Assembly: GCA_964016885.1 (NCBI GenBank)
Contig: OZ024741.1
Location: 54,622,001-54,686,000, forward strand
Source: Eledone cirrhosa
Lineage: Eukaryota
Reading direction: 5' to 3'
DNA length: 64,000 nt
Shown: piece after piece, positions 25,802 to 39,156 of the stretch
Numbering within the stretch: the first letter of the stretch is position 1
Layout: every line of letters begins with the position of its first letter
Notes under the pieces: generated by a model
The model's database searches: none
Seen by the model: the letters and a program-made list of their open reading frames with translations, nothing else
What the model was told of the DNA's origin: nothing
Made by a program: the position numbers and the translations under genes

Positions 25802-26110
25802 CACACAAAGACGACACTTAGCCTTCAGTTAACCATACCTTAACAACACACAAGGACAACACTTAGCCTTCAGTTAAACATTCATTAACAACACACAGGA
25901 CAACATTTAGTCTTCAGTTAACCCTACATTTACAACACACAAGGACAACACTTAGCCTTCAGTTAACCATACATTTACAACACACAAGGACAACATTTAG
26001 CCTTCAGTTAACCATACATTTACAACACACAAGGACAACATTTAGCCTTCAGTTAACCCTACATTTACAACACACAAGTACGACACTTAGCCTTCAGGTA
26101 ATCATACAGT
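25802..26110. repeat. 45-bp minisatellite, about 7 copies
   Basis: Unit CACACAAGGACAACATTTAGCCTTCAGTTAACCATACATTTACAA. Confidence 0.92.
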
Positions 26111-26583
26111 TCCAATAAGGATCTGTACTGACGTATTTCCATTCAGTACATTTACCGATAACGCTACCTTTCTATATAGAACTCCACACATAAAAAATAA
26201 AGCTCTAGTAATATCTGATTTTAGACAAATACACCATACGTACATCCAATTATAATAACCGTCATGATTCAACTGTTTGTTTTACACCAGTCGAATCCAT
26301 GATCTTCTACCACTCCCATATACTACGACCATTTTAAAGCACATGGGTAATATTCCACTAATATAACCATTCTGATTCCGAAGATGTAGACGTGAGGGTT
26401 TTGACATGTAAACACAAACATAGAACTAGAAATGCTATTGTTCCAAAAGAAGCAGAAAGAACTACGAAAAGAATACGAAAAATCCTTCATAGATATACTC
26501 AGACGGGTGCACAGTCGTGTTTTCAATTACAAACAAACACACATGCACACGCACCCGTACATATACACAGTCACATACACATA

Positions 26584-26658
<75 letters not shown>

Positions 26659-26678
26659 ATGTATATATATATATATAT

Positions 26679-27011
<333 letters not shown>

Positions 27012-27776
27012 ATATATATGTATATATATATGAATATGTCATTTATTCTGTCAGACCTGTTTAGCTTGACTTGGTGTTTGGCTTAGGTGGTTAATGGCTT
27101 CTTGACCGCCTGCTCAGTTTGTATGACCTTTATAACCTATGTTTATTGCTCTGGTCTTTAGCCCATGGAGCGCTTGCCAGCATGGCTCGGAATTTGCGTT
27201 ACGTTTCGCTTTTTCTACCCGCCGAAATGCGATTCTCACTGAATTTATATTTATATATATATACACATACATATATAAATATACAGTGTGTGTATGTGTG
27301 TGGTATATGGGTGTATATGAGTGCGTCAGTGTATGTGTGTGAGGAATTATACGTTGTGTGGCTTGTGTAATGTGTATGGAAATAATGCATGGTAGGGTGA
27401 GATGTGTATGTAAGTAGCGCGTAGTACGGTGTAATGTGTGCATATGGCTGTGTGTCTGTTTGTGCATGTATGTATGTGTGAGAATGTGTGTGTGTTACAG
27501 CGAGTTTATTTCTATGCGTATGGAGGTGGTGTGTGCATTATTTTATGGTGTGGAATTGTGTTCAAGTGTGGAGGCGTATGGACGTGTGTGGAGGTGTGTA
27601 AGCATCCATTTCAAAATTACTTCAGTCAGATATCCATGTATATAAATCAGCAAGGGAGTTTTGTCTTAAACATTGGTGAAAGAGAATAAAAAAATCTTCA
27701 GAATGTCATTGGAAATATAGCTTTTAGCAATATATATGTGTGTGTTTAAGTGTACTATACATATATAAATGTATGC

Positions 27777-27896
<120 letters not shown>

Positions 27897-27902
27897 GTGT
27901 AT

Positions 27903-27976
<74 letters not shown>

Positions 27977-28510
27977 GCATACATACATAAATACATATAT
28001 ACATACATAAATACATACATACATGCTTCCATACATACATACACACATATATGCATACATACATATATTCATACATACATATAATACATGCATAGAGAGA
28101 CAGGCATGTATACACACTTACAAATACACACACAAACACGCGCGCATACACATTTGCACAGACATACATAGGTGGAGTGGTGTGTGTGTGTTTTTATATA
28201 TATATATGTATGTAATATATAGAATTCTATATTATAAAATATTACGAAACTGTTTTCTTAACCGTCATCATTTACAGATATATACTTGATCCAAATATAC
28301 AAACACCCGTATTAAACACATACTCAGACATGTGCATACGGACACATAGAAACATGTATGGACATATACATACACGTATGTATACAAAGGCGCAAACACA
28401 CACTCACATCTGATCATAGACACGGCGTTTATGCAAGTATACCTATAATAATATGTGAATATGTGTGTATATGAGACTTTGGATTGAACGTATTTATATA
28501 TATAAACTAC

Positions 28511-28595
<85 letters not shown>

Positions 28596-28605
28596 TGTAT
28601 ATATA

Positions 28606-28638
<33 letters not shown>

Positions 28639-28641
28639 ATG

Positions 28642-28696
<55 letters not shown>

Positions 28697-28789
28697 ATAT
28701 ATCTATATATATATATATATATGTGTATATATATAAATGTATGTATATATATATATATATATAATATATATATATATATACATATATAT

Positions 28790-28803
28790 ATACATGTGTG
28801 AGC

Positions 28804-28838
<35 letters not shown>

Positions 28839-28870
28839 ATATATGCGTATCTATATATATTAATATATAC

Positions 28871-28926
<56 letters not shown>

Positions 28927-28976
28927 GTGTATGTATGTATATGCACATATAAATTTATATATATATATATGTATGT

Positions 28977-29022
<46 letters not shown>

Positions 29023-29051
29023 AATTTATATGTGCATATACATACATACAC

Positions 29052-29085
<34 letters not shown>

Positions 29086-29119
29086 ACGTATATATTAATA
29101 TATATAGATACGCATATAT

Positions 29120-29158
<39 letters not shown>

Positions 29159-29170
29159 GCTCACACACAT
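28790..29170. repeat. Inverted duplication inside a degenerate (TA)n field
   Basis: GTGTGAGCATGTA..GCGTATCTATATATATTAATATATACG..GCACATATAAATTT mirrored at ~29015-29170. Confidence 0.8.
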
Positions 29171-29256
29171 ATGTATATATATACATATATGTATAAATAT
29201 ATATATGTATATATATATACATATATGTATAAATATATACATGTATATATATATAT

Positions 29257-29304
<48 letters not shown>

Positions 29305-29312
29305 GTATATAT

Positions 29313-29406
<94 letters not shown>

Positions 29407-30405
29407 GCTTGTTATGATGGATGTATATTTCTGAACGCCCCATCAATTATAATTGCGATCGTTGAATGCCACAGAAGAAAATATAAAATAGCCAATCTCA
29501 TTATTGTAAAGAAAATGAAGGTTCACACATATATACATACACACACACACAGACACATACACACACACATACGCACACATACGCACATACATACTCACAT
29601 ACACACTCACATACACATACACTCACACACACATACACAAACAAACACCCACTCACACCCACACACACACAAGCAAACACCACCCCCACACACATATACA
29701 CAAAAACACCCACTCACGCACACACACATGCATATACACTCACTCACACACATATACCCACACACAAGCACCACCACCCCTACACACACACACAAGCACA
29801 CACTGAAGATGACGTCAAAGAATTTTCAAGTACTATATCTATTATGCTTAAAAAATACGCCAGGTAATATGAAAATGCTACAACCACAACTTCGAATATA
29901 AACTTTCTAGTATGATAGTGATGATGTTTTTAAAATGCCATTACTGTTGATGATGTTAGCGATGGTTGTTATTTTGATAAAATCGTTGTTGGTGGCAGTT
30001 ATGGTGAAGGATTTCATATATCTTCCTTTTAAATTATTTAGCTGGAGAAACAAGAACACATTCCTTACACCGTCCAAGTTTACTGAGACTGAAGAAAAAG
30101 GAGGAATTTGAAATGTTTAGCAGTATTCTCATGATCCTTTCATATATGATGTAAATGGAGCGTGTAACACATCATAACTATTACCAAGTCAGAAATCAAC
30201 TCTGAAAGGTTGTATCAAAGATTTCACCGCTTAATTCATCAAAGATATTTGTTGCGTTAAACACCACGAGAGCGCATGTCTACCGCTTAAGGACAGGAAC
30301 AACCGAACTACCCGTTTCGATGGACTTCGACACAGTTTATATATATATATATATATAGGTATGATATTAACGGGCGTGATATAAATACACACATACAGGC
30401 ATACC

Positions 30406-30464
<59 letters not shown>

Positions 30465-30544
30465 ACACTACACTTCTATCTCTGCGCTTTAATAAGGTTT
30501 TAGTTGTATGTTACCATTTTTGCAATTTACACACACATATATAT

Positions 30545-30679
<135 letters not shown>

Positions 30680-30799
30680 TGTTTGTATGTAAGTACGTAT
30701 TATCTTATAAACATGATTATGTAACATCTGTCTTAACGTTAACTTCATTCTTCTTCTCAATCTTCGTTCCTGAAGCAAAGCCAAGAAGGTAATAATCCA

Positions 30800-31300
30800 G
30801 GTTGACTGCAGGCGCGCTCGTAGTTATCAAGACTAATGCGGGACAGGCAAACACAGTCGTAGCGGCTGCAGCTGAACGTCTGGTCAGGGTTTCTTGACGT
30901 GGTGTTGCGCCTTTTGTCCTGAAGAGTTGACCTGTCTATGTTTTCGAAGGAGGATACAGCATGGGTGAACCACTGGCGATGGTTGATCTCACAGGCACAA
31001 AGAGAGTTTTTGAAACAATTTTTCTATCAATTCTTTGGTGCTCCTCTGTCGCAACGACTAGCGGTGAGAACACTGCACGGCGGGATCCTGAGCTGGGGAT
31101 GATTCTCTATCCTGGGGACGTTCCATGCCCATCGGAACTGTGACATCAAAAACATGGCCTCAATGCTGGTTAGCTCTACCTGTTCAACGGTCTCAACTCT
31201 AGAGAGTGTTGAGAGGATGATGAGGAGGCCGCCCGGGTGGAAGCACTAGCAGGGGTCGACAGTGGCGACGAAAAGTGATCCAAGATACTGAGTAATGTAT
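30800..31300 (-). mobile_element. Degenerate RTE/BovB-like 3' fragment
   Basis: Minus strand TSIEAMFLMSQFRWAWNVPRIE and C-terminal CSRYDCVCLSRISLDNYERAC. Confidence 0.72.
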
Positions 31301-31318
31301 AGACATAGATAGATAGAT

Positions 31319-33937
31319 ATATTTCTTTATTAACCACAAGGGCGCACAAGAAAAGGGGACAATACAAAGACATGCCGGGGATTTTACATACAGTCGTGTA
31401 AAAAATATAAAAACAAACAATTATAATAATCGAAATCCCCAATAGGGGAGAGGCGCCACAAATGGGTTGTTTAATACCCCGTCGATAGAACAACCCTCAA
31501 CTCCAAGAGCGTGTTGCACAAGTGCTCCTTTCTTCCTTTTGCTCTCTTCCTCAACCTACAGGCTTATAAACAGAGAAGGCCCAATCACTCGGGCCATTTT
31601 CGCTTCATTCACCCACCTTTCAGTAAATTTACTGGGGTGCAGTGCCTCTCTCTCCACCCTGATTCTCCTTCTAAAGTGATACTTAAAGAAGGGAATCAAT
31701 TGTTGTCCGGAGAGAAAGGCATCTGTCCTCAGTCCTCTCAACCTCGTCCACCATATAACTTCTTTCACCATAGCCACCGTACAGAGGAAAACCGCCTCTC
31801 TTTCGTTTTGGAAAGAGCCTGGCGGTTTGATCCTTACTATGAACTCGGCAGTCAACTGGATTTGTCCCATACGCGACAGCAGTTGTTCTGCATAGTTCCA
31901 CAGGTCGGTTACGCCCGGGCAGTGTACAATTGCGTGCAGGACTGTTTCAATGTCCTGCGCGCATCTTGGACACGTCTTCTTGGAAGGATCCCTGCCGGGG
32001 CGTCAGTGCCTGTAAATCTTGTCACGAACCGGTAGAGTTCCTCGGTAGCACTGCCAGGCCAGGGACCTCTGGAAGTTGTCCATAGGTCCCGGGCGGAAAG
32101 TCCTACCAAACAGACTGGTGAGCTCATCGTCTTCGACGCCCAGAGTCTCTCCGAGCACGTCGTCGCCCTTGTAACGTACAATCCCTCTGTAGAATGTCGA
32201 AGTGGAGTCTCCACTGATTGCTGCGCCCGCTTGCCAGAGGACTGTGAGCGCCTGAGCGCATTCAATGTGCTAGGCGCCCATCGTTTTCGGTCTTTTCTTG
32301 ACCCAGGACTGCAGCTCCATCAGCGAGATGAGCTGTGGGAAAGCCTGTCTCACAAACGGTGCCCACACTGGTTGGGGGTCGGTGAGGAATACCTGGAGAT
32401 GCCGCAGCCTCAGCGCATGTTTCCGCGTCATCAGCCACGGCATTCCCAGCCCTCCGTTGGAAGGGTGCTGACAGCAGACGGATCTCCTCACCAGTGGAGC
32501 CTGCTTCTACCTCTGCTCGACCTTTCAAGGAGAGTTTGCACTCTGCCCACTTCTGGGTGATTGCAAACACCTTGGCCGTGACCTCGTTCCAGTTTTTCTT
32601 CTCCACCTTGAGGTCTGGACCGAGCAATTTCACCGGTCCGTCCGTCCAGCGTCCAGCGACGCTGTCAGATGTCATCGGTTTGCCTCTCCACGTACCGATT
32701 TGCAAACCGACAGACTTGTCCGGGTTTAGGTTTGCTCCCGTCAGCGTTTCGTATTCTTTCAGTAAGTTGCCGATCACCCCGATTTCCGAGGTGCTCGACA
32801 CCATTACCATCAAGTCGTCGGCATAAGCCGACGCCGCTTTGCGCAGTCCCGGTTCTAGGGGGATGCCCTGCAACAGCTCCAATTTCCGCAGTAGTGGCTC
32901 TAGAATCAATACATACAGAATGGAGGAGAGAGGACACCCCTGTCGAATGGAACGCGTGATTGCGAACGGCTCCGATAGGTAGCCGTTCACCTTGACCCTC
33001 GAGCAGATGCTGGTGTGCATCGCCTCGATGCAGCCTCTGAACACGGGACCGAAACCGGCCGCCTTGAGAACTGCTTCCAAGTATCGATGGTCGACCCTAT
33101 CGAATGCCTTAGACTGATCCAAATTGATCAGAGCCCCACCGAAGCCGCGTTTACTACCCACCCTCTCTATGGTGTATCGCATGAGGTGGAGGTTGTCGTG
33201 TATGGACCTGGTCGGGATTGCACACGTTTGCGCTTTCACTACCAGGTTCTCGACGACAAGCGCGAACCTCGTCGCTAGCACCTTGGCCAAAATCTTTAAC
33301 TCTGTGTTGAGCAGAGTTATGGGCCTGAAGTTGTTAATTTCGCCCCCTTGTTCTCGTCTTCCCTGATCAGTGTTACTACGCCCTTGCCTCTAGAACTGGG
33401 AATTCTCCCGTTCTGCTGACAATTGCAGTAGACGGCTTCGAGGACGCCAGAGAACAAGTCCGGCTTGCCTATGTAAAACTCATAGGGTAGACCATCTAGA
33501 CCGGGTGACTTGCGACGTTTCCTGCAGCGGCCCAGAGCGTCCCGTATCTCAGTCTCCGTGATCGGTCTTTCGCAGAACTCGGCGTCCGTGTTCGAGAGAC
33601 GCGGCAGGCCGTCGAGGTATGAACTAAAGTCCATTGCCCCGTTCGGCTCACCGTCGTTCTGCTCAAATAGTCGCGCAAAGTGCTGCTGAAAGGCCGCGCC
33701 TATTTGCTTGGGGTCAAGCAGCACGCGTCTGTTTTGGTCTTTCAAAGACCGACTCGTGGGCTTGTTGCCACTTTTTGCCTCCGCCACTTGGGCCCACTTT
33801 CGCTCCTTCGTTTCCTAGAGCACGTTTTTTCTTCTGACGACGCAGCCTTCGTGTTTCGCATCGAAGAACTGGTCCAGTGCCGTTCTCGACGCTAACACTC
33901 TAGCCGCATTGCCACTTGTAAGTGCCTCCTCTGCCTT
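31319..33937 (-). mobile_element. Tx1-clade LINE copy A (5'-truncated, frameshifted ORF2)
   Basis: RT motifs LDQSKAFDRVDH, SIRQGCPLS, AYADD; (GATA)n at both ends. Confidence 0.92.
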
Positions 33938-33994
<57 letters not shown>

Positions 33995-33995
<1 letters not shown>

Positions 33996-36900
33996 TTCTT
34001 TATTAGCCACAGGGGCACAAAAGAAGGGGAAAAATACAAAGGGGGAAGTTTACATACAATAAAAACGTGTAAAATGTTATCACAAATGGAATTTAAAAAG
34101 TTAGTCGATTTTCCCAATAGAGGGAGACAGTTTATATGGGTAACACATACCCCCGAAAAAAAATGTGCAACCCACATCTCCAGGAGTACGAAGAGCTTGT
34201 ACTCCTTTCCTCTCCTCCTCCTTTTCCTCAACCTACAGGCTGATATAGAGAGAAGGCCCATTCACTCGGGCCATTCTCGCCACTTTCACCCACCTTTCAT
34301 AAAACTTGCTGGGGTACAGCACCTCTCTCTCCATCCTGATTCTTCTTCCAAAGTGGTATTTGAAAAAAAGAATCAGTTGTTGGCCGGAGAGAAAGGTGTC
34401 TGAGAGAAAGGTGTCTGACCTCAGCCCTTTCAACCTTGTCCACCATACAACCTCTTTCGCCATAGCTATCACACAAAGGAAAACCGCCTCTCCTTCGTTT
34501 TTGAAGGAGGGTGGCGGTTTGATCATGACAATGGACTCGGTGGTCAACTGGATCGGTCCCACCCGCGACAATAGTCGTTCTACATAGCCCCACAGGTCAT
34601 TGACGCCCGGGCAGTGTATGAATGCGTGCGCGACGGTTTCTTCGTCTCGCACGCACCTCGGACAAATCTTTTTTGCAGGGTCCCTGCCCGGGCGCCCATG
34701 TCTGTAGAGCTTGTCTCGAACTGGTAGAGCTCCTCGGTAGCACTGCCAGGCCAGGGACTTTTGGAAGTTGTCCATCGGTCCCGGGCGGAAGGTCCTACTG
34801 AACAGACTGGCCAGTTCATCTTCCTCTACGCCTAGAGTTTCACCGAGAGCGTCGTCGCACTTGCTGCGGACCAACCCTCTATAGAATGACGAAGTGGAGT
34901 CTCCACTGATCTCCGGGTCCGCCTGCCAGAGGGCTGTGAGCGCCTGAGCACATTCGATGTGCCAGTCGCCCATTTTCCTCGGTCTCTGCTTGACCCAGGA
35001 CTGCAGCTCGGTCAGCGAGACGAGTCGTGGGAAGGCTCGCCTCACGAACGGGGCCCACACCGGTTGTCCGGTGAGGAATACGTAGAGATGCCGCAGCCTG
35101 AGCGCGTGTTTGCGCATCGTCAACCACGGCATCCACAGCCCTCCGTTAGAAGGGTGTTGGCAGCAGATGGATCTTCTCACCAAAGGAGCCCGCCTCTTCC
35201 AAAGGAATCGGAAGAGCGCGCGCTCCATTTTGGCGAGCGTTTTGGCTGGACAAGGCACGACGGTCAAGCGGTAGTAGATGGCGGACGCTATAAAAGTGTT
35301 CGCCACCTCCGCTCGACCTTTCAAGGATAGTTTGCACTCGGCCCTCTTCTGGGTGAGTGCAAACACCTTGGCCGTCACTTCGTTCCAGTTCTTCTCCACC
35401 TGGAGGTCCGGACCAAACCAGACCCCGAGCAGCTTTACCGGTCCTTCCGTCCAGCGTCCGACGACGCCATCGGAAGGCATCGGTCTTCCTCTCCACGATC
35501 CGAGTTGCAAACCGATGGACTTGTCCCGGTTCAGCTTCGCTCCTGTGAGACTTTCGTATTCCTTTAGTAAGGTGCCGACTTCCTAGATTTGCGAGGCGCT
35601 CGACACCATTACTGTCACGTCGTCGGCGTAGGCCGACGCCGCTTTCCGCAGTCCCGGTTCCAGAGGGATGCCCTGCAATAGCTCCAGCTTCCGCAGTAGT
35701 GGCTCGTGAGTCAGTACGTACAGAAGGGAGGAGAGAGGGCATCCCTGTCGAATGGATCGCGTAATATGGAACGGCTCCGAGAGGTAACCGTTCACTTTGA
35801 CCCTTGAGCAGATGTTGCTGTTGTGCATTGCAGCAATCCAGCCCCTGAACACGGGTCCGAAGCCTGCCGCCTCGAGCACCGCATCCAGGTAACGATGGTC
35901 AACCCTATCGAAAGCCTTAGACTGATCCAAGTTGATCAGGGCCCCACCGAAGCCGGGTTTACACCCTACCCTCTCTATGATGTATTGCATGAGGTGGAGG
36001 TTGTCGTGTATGGACCTGGTCGTGATCGCGCATGTCTGCGCTTCTCCCACCAGGTTCTCGACGACAAGCGCCAGCCTCTTTGCCAACACCTTGGCCAAAA
36101 TCTGTAACTCTGTGTTTAGCAGAGTTATGGGCCGGAAGTTGCCTATGTCATCCCCCTTATTCTCGTCCTTCCTGATTAGTGTGACCACGCCCCCGGTTAC
36201 AGAACTGGGAATTCTCCCGTTCTGTTGCAAGTTGCAGTAGACCGCTTCCAGGAGACCGGAGAATAAGTCCGGCATTGCTACGTAAAATTCGTAGGGTAGA
36301 CCGTCGAGACCTGGAGATTTGCGTTTGCCGCATTGGCTCAGCGCGTCCCCTATCTCAGTGGCTGAAATCGGCTTTTCGCAGAACTTAGCCTCACTGTCCG
36401 AGAGTCGCGGTAGGCCGTCGAGGTATGGACCGAAATCCATAGCCTCTCCCGGCGCGCCGCTCCCCCCGAACAGCCGAGCAAAGTGCCGCTGAAAAGCCGC
36501 ACACATCTGCTTCGGCTCACGTATCACGCGTCCGTTTTGGTCCTTCAAAGACCGAATCGTGGACTTGTTGCCACTTTTTGCCTCCGTCACTCGGGCCCAG
36601 CTAACAGCTTTGGCTCCCTCGTTTCCCAGAGCACGTATTTTGCTTCTGACAACGCAGCCCTCGTGCTTTGCGTCGAAGAACTGGTCCAAGGCCGTTCTCG
36701 TTGCTAGCACGCTGGCTACGTTGCCACTTCTAATTGCCTCTTCTACTTTATCTACCAGTTCCTTCTCGGTTCTATTTCTATCTAACGCTAATTCTTTACT
36801 AAAAGCTATCGAGTCTAATCTAACTGCCCTCTTGAGAGAGTACCACCATCTGTTGTTGACAATGGCCCCTGTCAAGTGCTGTTTAACTAAAGTGCTAATC

Positions 36901-37634
36901 CGTCTACTGTAGGCTTTGCTTGTCGGTAACGACAAGTTCAGCTTCCAGTAGCCGGGTCCTTGTCTATGGGTTCTATCAAGGTTGGCCATGCAGGTCACTA
37001 GTTTGTGATCTGAATAGGCAACCATGAACATTTGTGGACAGCTTAACATGTCCCTATCCTTATTTCTAACTAGAACCCTATCTAGGTACGATCTAGATGT
37101 TCCGCTACGATTACTCCACGTCCACAGTGGCGCAGTCGGAAAATCTAGTCGATATCTATCGGCCAGGTCAAATCGGTCGATTAACTGTTTGAGGCTGTTA
37201 CACCCCCCTTTATCGGGACATGCTCCCACATAGTCCCAACGTGCATCTAGGATTCCATTCCAGTCCCCCACTAAAAGAAAGGAGCGGGACGTTCCCAGAA
37301 AAGTCTCTAGACGTTTGAAGAAGTCTGGCCGCGGTGTCCCGGATGGGGCATATGCGGCCACCAGCCTGAACGCTCCACCTTCACTACCGTCAACGTCTAG
37401 GACCACCAGTCGACCCTCCGGGTCCAGATGTACCGTCTGTGTTACGAGGCCCAGGTGTTTCCGCAGCAAAACGGCAACTCCGCCCCCATCCCCCGGTTGA
37501 CAGAGAGATGCGTTGATCTCAAAGTCATCGAAGATGGGGGCCAGCTGTCGCTCGCCGTGGATCCTGGACTCGCAAATGGCTACCACATCCAAACTGTGCG
37601 ACCTGAGGTCGTTTAAGAGTTTGCCCTGTTTCCA
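33995..37634 (-). mobile_element. Tx1-clade LINE copy B (nearly whole ORF2, one nonsense codon at 35583-35585, no ORF1)
   Basis: ORFs 35583-37592 and 34233-35510 share a frame; APE motifs GDWN, SYLDR, SDHK, then RT and a C-terminal CPRC..ETVAH..HC. Confidence 0.94.
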
Positions 37635-37986
37635 GAGGGATTGTACGTTACAAGGGCGACGACGTGCTCGGAGAGACTCTGGGCGTCGAAGACGATGAGC
37701 TCACCAGTATGTTTGGTAGGACTTTCCGCCCGGGACCTATGGACAACTTCCAGAGGTCCCTGGCCTGGCAGTGCTACCGAGGAGCTCTACCGGTTCGTGA
37801 CAAGATCTACAGGCACGGACGCCCTGGCAGGGATCCTTCCAAGAGGACGTGTCCAAGATGTGCGCAGGACATTGAAACAGTTCTGCACGCAATTGTACAC
37901 TGCCCGGGCGTAAGCGACCTGTGGAACTATGCAGAACAACTGCTGTCGCGTATGGGACAAATACAGTTGACTGCCGAGTCCATAGT

Positions 37987-37989
<3 letters not shown>
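37635..37989 (+). mobile_element. Inverted Tx1 fragment of the copy-A subfamily at the 5' junction of copy B
   Basis: Reverse complement of ~31835-32188 with few substitutions; followed by (GATA)n. Confidence 0.88.
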
Positions 37990-38020
<31 letters not shown>

Positions 38021-38164
38021 TAATTAAAATACATGCTCAGCATATGTATTAAAATACAGCTCAGCATATTTATACGCCAGTACTCATATTTTCATGATAG
38101 TATCCGATTGATCGTAACAGTTTAATCTCGCCTACCTCTTCAACTTTCAGCCTTTGTAGAAATA

Positions 38165-38275
38165 TAATTGTTTCTACTTTTGGCACAAGGCCAGCAATTA
38201 CCCAGTGCATTACTAGTACTTTATTTTTCGACCCCGTAAGGATGAAAGGCAAAGTTAACCTCGGCGGGATTTGTG
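38165..38275 (-). mobile_element. 5'-truncated tRNA-derived SINE
   Basis: Reverse complement of the SINE body at 43640-43746. Confidence 0.85.
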
Positions 38276-39084
38276 GAAATATAATGATTCTTAGACACAT
38301 ATCAACTCCGCTTGATCAACATCAGAATGACAAAATACATAAAATTCCCTTTACGAGTTTCTACCCACCACTCCCGATATGTTTTTCTAATTTTGTTTTT
38401 AATATAGATCCCTAACTTTCCACGTATACCTCTCCGTCATTATAAATATATACATCCATCCCACGCTCAATAAAAACTTACTATTATTCACAAATACTAC
38501 AATATACACATCCAAAGGCAACTGGCACCACATCACAAATGGATTCTCCAATCCCTTCCATCATTCAATTCAAGTACCCATCACAATTAAATTTTCCAAA
38601 CATTCAGCATAACCAATCATGCTTGACCCATACCAGAATAACATATACATGCTTGTATATATATATGTCTGTCTATTTACGTTTATTTCGATTACAACAG
38701 ATATATTTCTTGAGACACTCAAGCACAGGTTTAAAGTATTGTAGAGTGGCATCTGCTATGTGTTGTTGGTAAATGGCCGCTTATCTGCACTGTGTGTAAT
38801 CCCGTGCTTTGTTTGTACAGAGTGACACCTCTCGGCAATTTTATACATATTGACTTCAGAAGTTCAAGGTTGTGTGCTGTTCATCGAATTTGAGCCGAGT
38901 CGGCTGGTGTGGACGCTTTAAATGTCATGGTGTCAGATAGTAAAGCAATCGAGATGGCGGCACCATACTGAATTAATTTGAGACGGTAAGGGGAACGCGC
39001 ATTAGTCAGCACACATTAGATTATATATATATATGTGTGTGTTTGTGTGTGTATGTGTGTGTGTATACATACACGCACACACAA

Positions 39085-39151
<67 letters not shown>

Positions 39152-39156
39152 TATAT

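Noticed and set aside
25802-26110. 45-bp repeat as a CRISPR array or coding repeat
   Set aside because: Contiguous units with no spacers, eukaryotic context, and stop codons in the best frame.
35583-35585. Programmed readthrough in Tx1 copy B
   Set aside because: Copies A, C and D have a sense codon here; simple nonsense mutation.
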